Of a DNA stretch of 63,223 nt, positions 63,073 to 63,223 are shown piece after piece (position 1 is the first letter of the stretch; every line of letters begins with the position of its first letter). Source of the DNA: an uncultured Gammaproteobacteria bacterium (GTDB lineage: Bacteria; Patescibacteriota; Patescibacteriia; Patescibacteriales; UBA12465); NCBI GenBank assembly GCA_964431235.1, contig CAYSJA010000022.1, positions 1-63,223 on the forward strand, read 5' to 3'. The translations under genes and the position numbers were made by a program. The notes under the pieces were generated by a model. It worked only from the letters and a program-made list of their open reading frames with translations. It did no database searches and was not told the DNA's origin.

Positions 63073-63223
63073 GTTATTTAATTAAATAATAAGATATATT
63101 TTAGGAAAAACGGGAGAATGATATTACTATGTTCAAGCCATGGAACATAATTGACAGTTAATTAATTGTGATTTAGCCTGATTTAGGTCTATATTCTTAC
63201 CCATTTTAGCATCGATGAAGCTC

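Noticed and set aside
63133-63222. A possible C-terminal end of a minus-strand gene running off the right edge (…SFIDAKMGKNIDLNQAKSQLINCQLCSMA-stop).
   Set aside because: Only about 30 codons are visible and there is no recognisable motif, so it cannot be distinguished from a chance open frame.
1-63223. A search for CRISPR arrays, rRNA, tRNA, tmRNA, transposase or integrase genes, and reverse transcriptase/DGR components.
   Set aside because: I saw no regularly spaced direct repeats, no GC-rich cloverleaf-like segments in spacers, and no ORF with DDE, tyrosine- or serine-recombinase, or RT motifs.
1-63223. An alternative genetic code, such as UGA recoding as in some CPR lineages.
   Set aside because: TAA, TAG and TGA all terminate well-supported genes: aspS and secA end in TAA, the flippase and tyrS in TAG, and mraY in TGA. 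Conserved proteins are full-length under the standard code.

Overview
The window is AT-rich, compact bacterial DNA. All three stop codons are used and ORFs are intact under the standard code. There are about 64 protein genes and no rRNA, tRNA or CRISPR array.

Gene content and reduced enzyme architectures suggest a Patescibacteria/CPR-like organism: ProRS lacks the INS editing domain, AlaRS lacks C-Ala, and there is almost no intermediary metabolism. This is inference only, since no 16S or database search was possible.

Core genes:
- Translation and replication: aspS, tyrS, proS, alaS, frr, hpf, holB, ruvA.
- Secretion and proteolysis: secA, rseP, lemA-SPFH-htpX.
- Cell shape and wall: mreBCD plus a second orphan mreB, and a partial dcw cluster (mraY-ftsW-murG-murC-murB).
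- Other: adk.

Two very AT-rich surface-glycan loci lie at 5.8-17.1 kb and 41-54 kb.

Accessory material is concentrated in three places:
1. A toxin-antitoxin/defence islet at 7.1-10.1 kb splits the glycan locus. It holds a HigB/Gp49-like toxin with an XRE antitoxin, an orphan 158-aa gene, and a wHTH-nucleotidyltransferase with a HEPN partner. It also shows a perfect 18-bp operator palindrome and a repeated terminator-like element.
2. An AbiEi/AbiEii pair at 17.1-18.6 kb heads the glycan operon.
3. A decaying variable region at 26.6-32.0 kb surrounds tyrS. It has two AT-rich paralogous AAA+/DUF4143 ATPases with PD-(D/E)xK-like C-termini. One is bracketed by ~60-nt direct repeats that duplicate the 5' end of a dead NUDIX gene. 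The region also carries a class-I aaRS N-terminal fragment and a frameshifted Cys-motif repeat gene.

The best candidates for something undescribed are the repeat-bracketed ATPase-nuclease cassette(s) and a catalytically degenerate PilB/GspE-like pseudo-ATPase. The pseudo-ATPase is co-operonic with a polyprenyl-phosphate-type GT2 and divergent from mraY.
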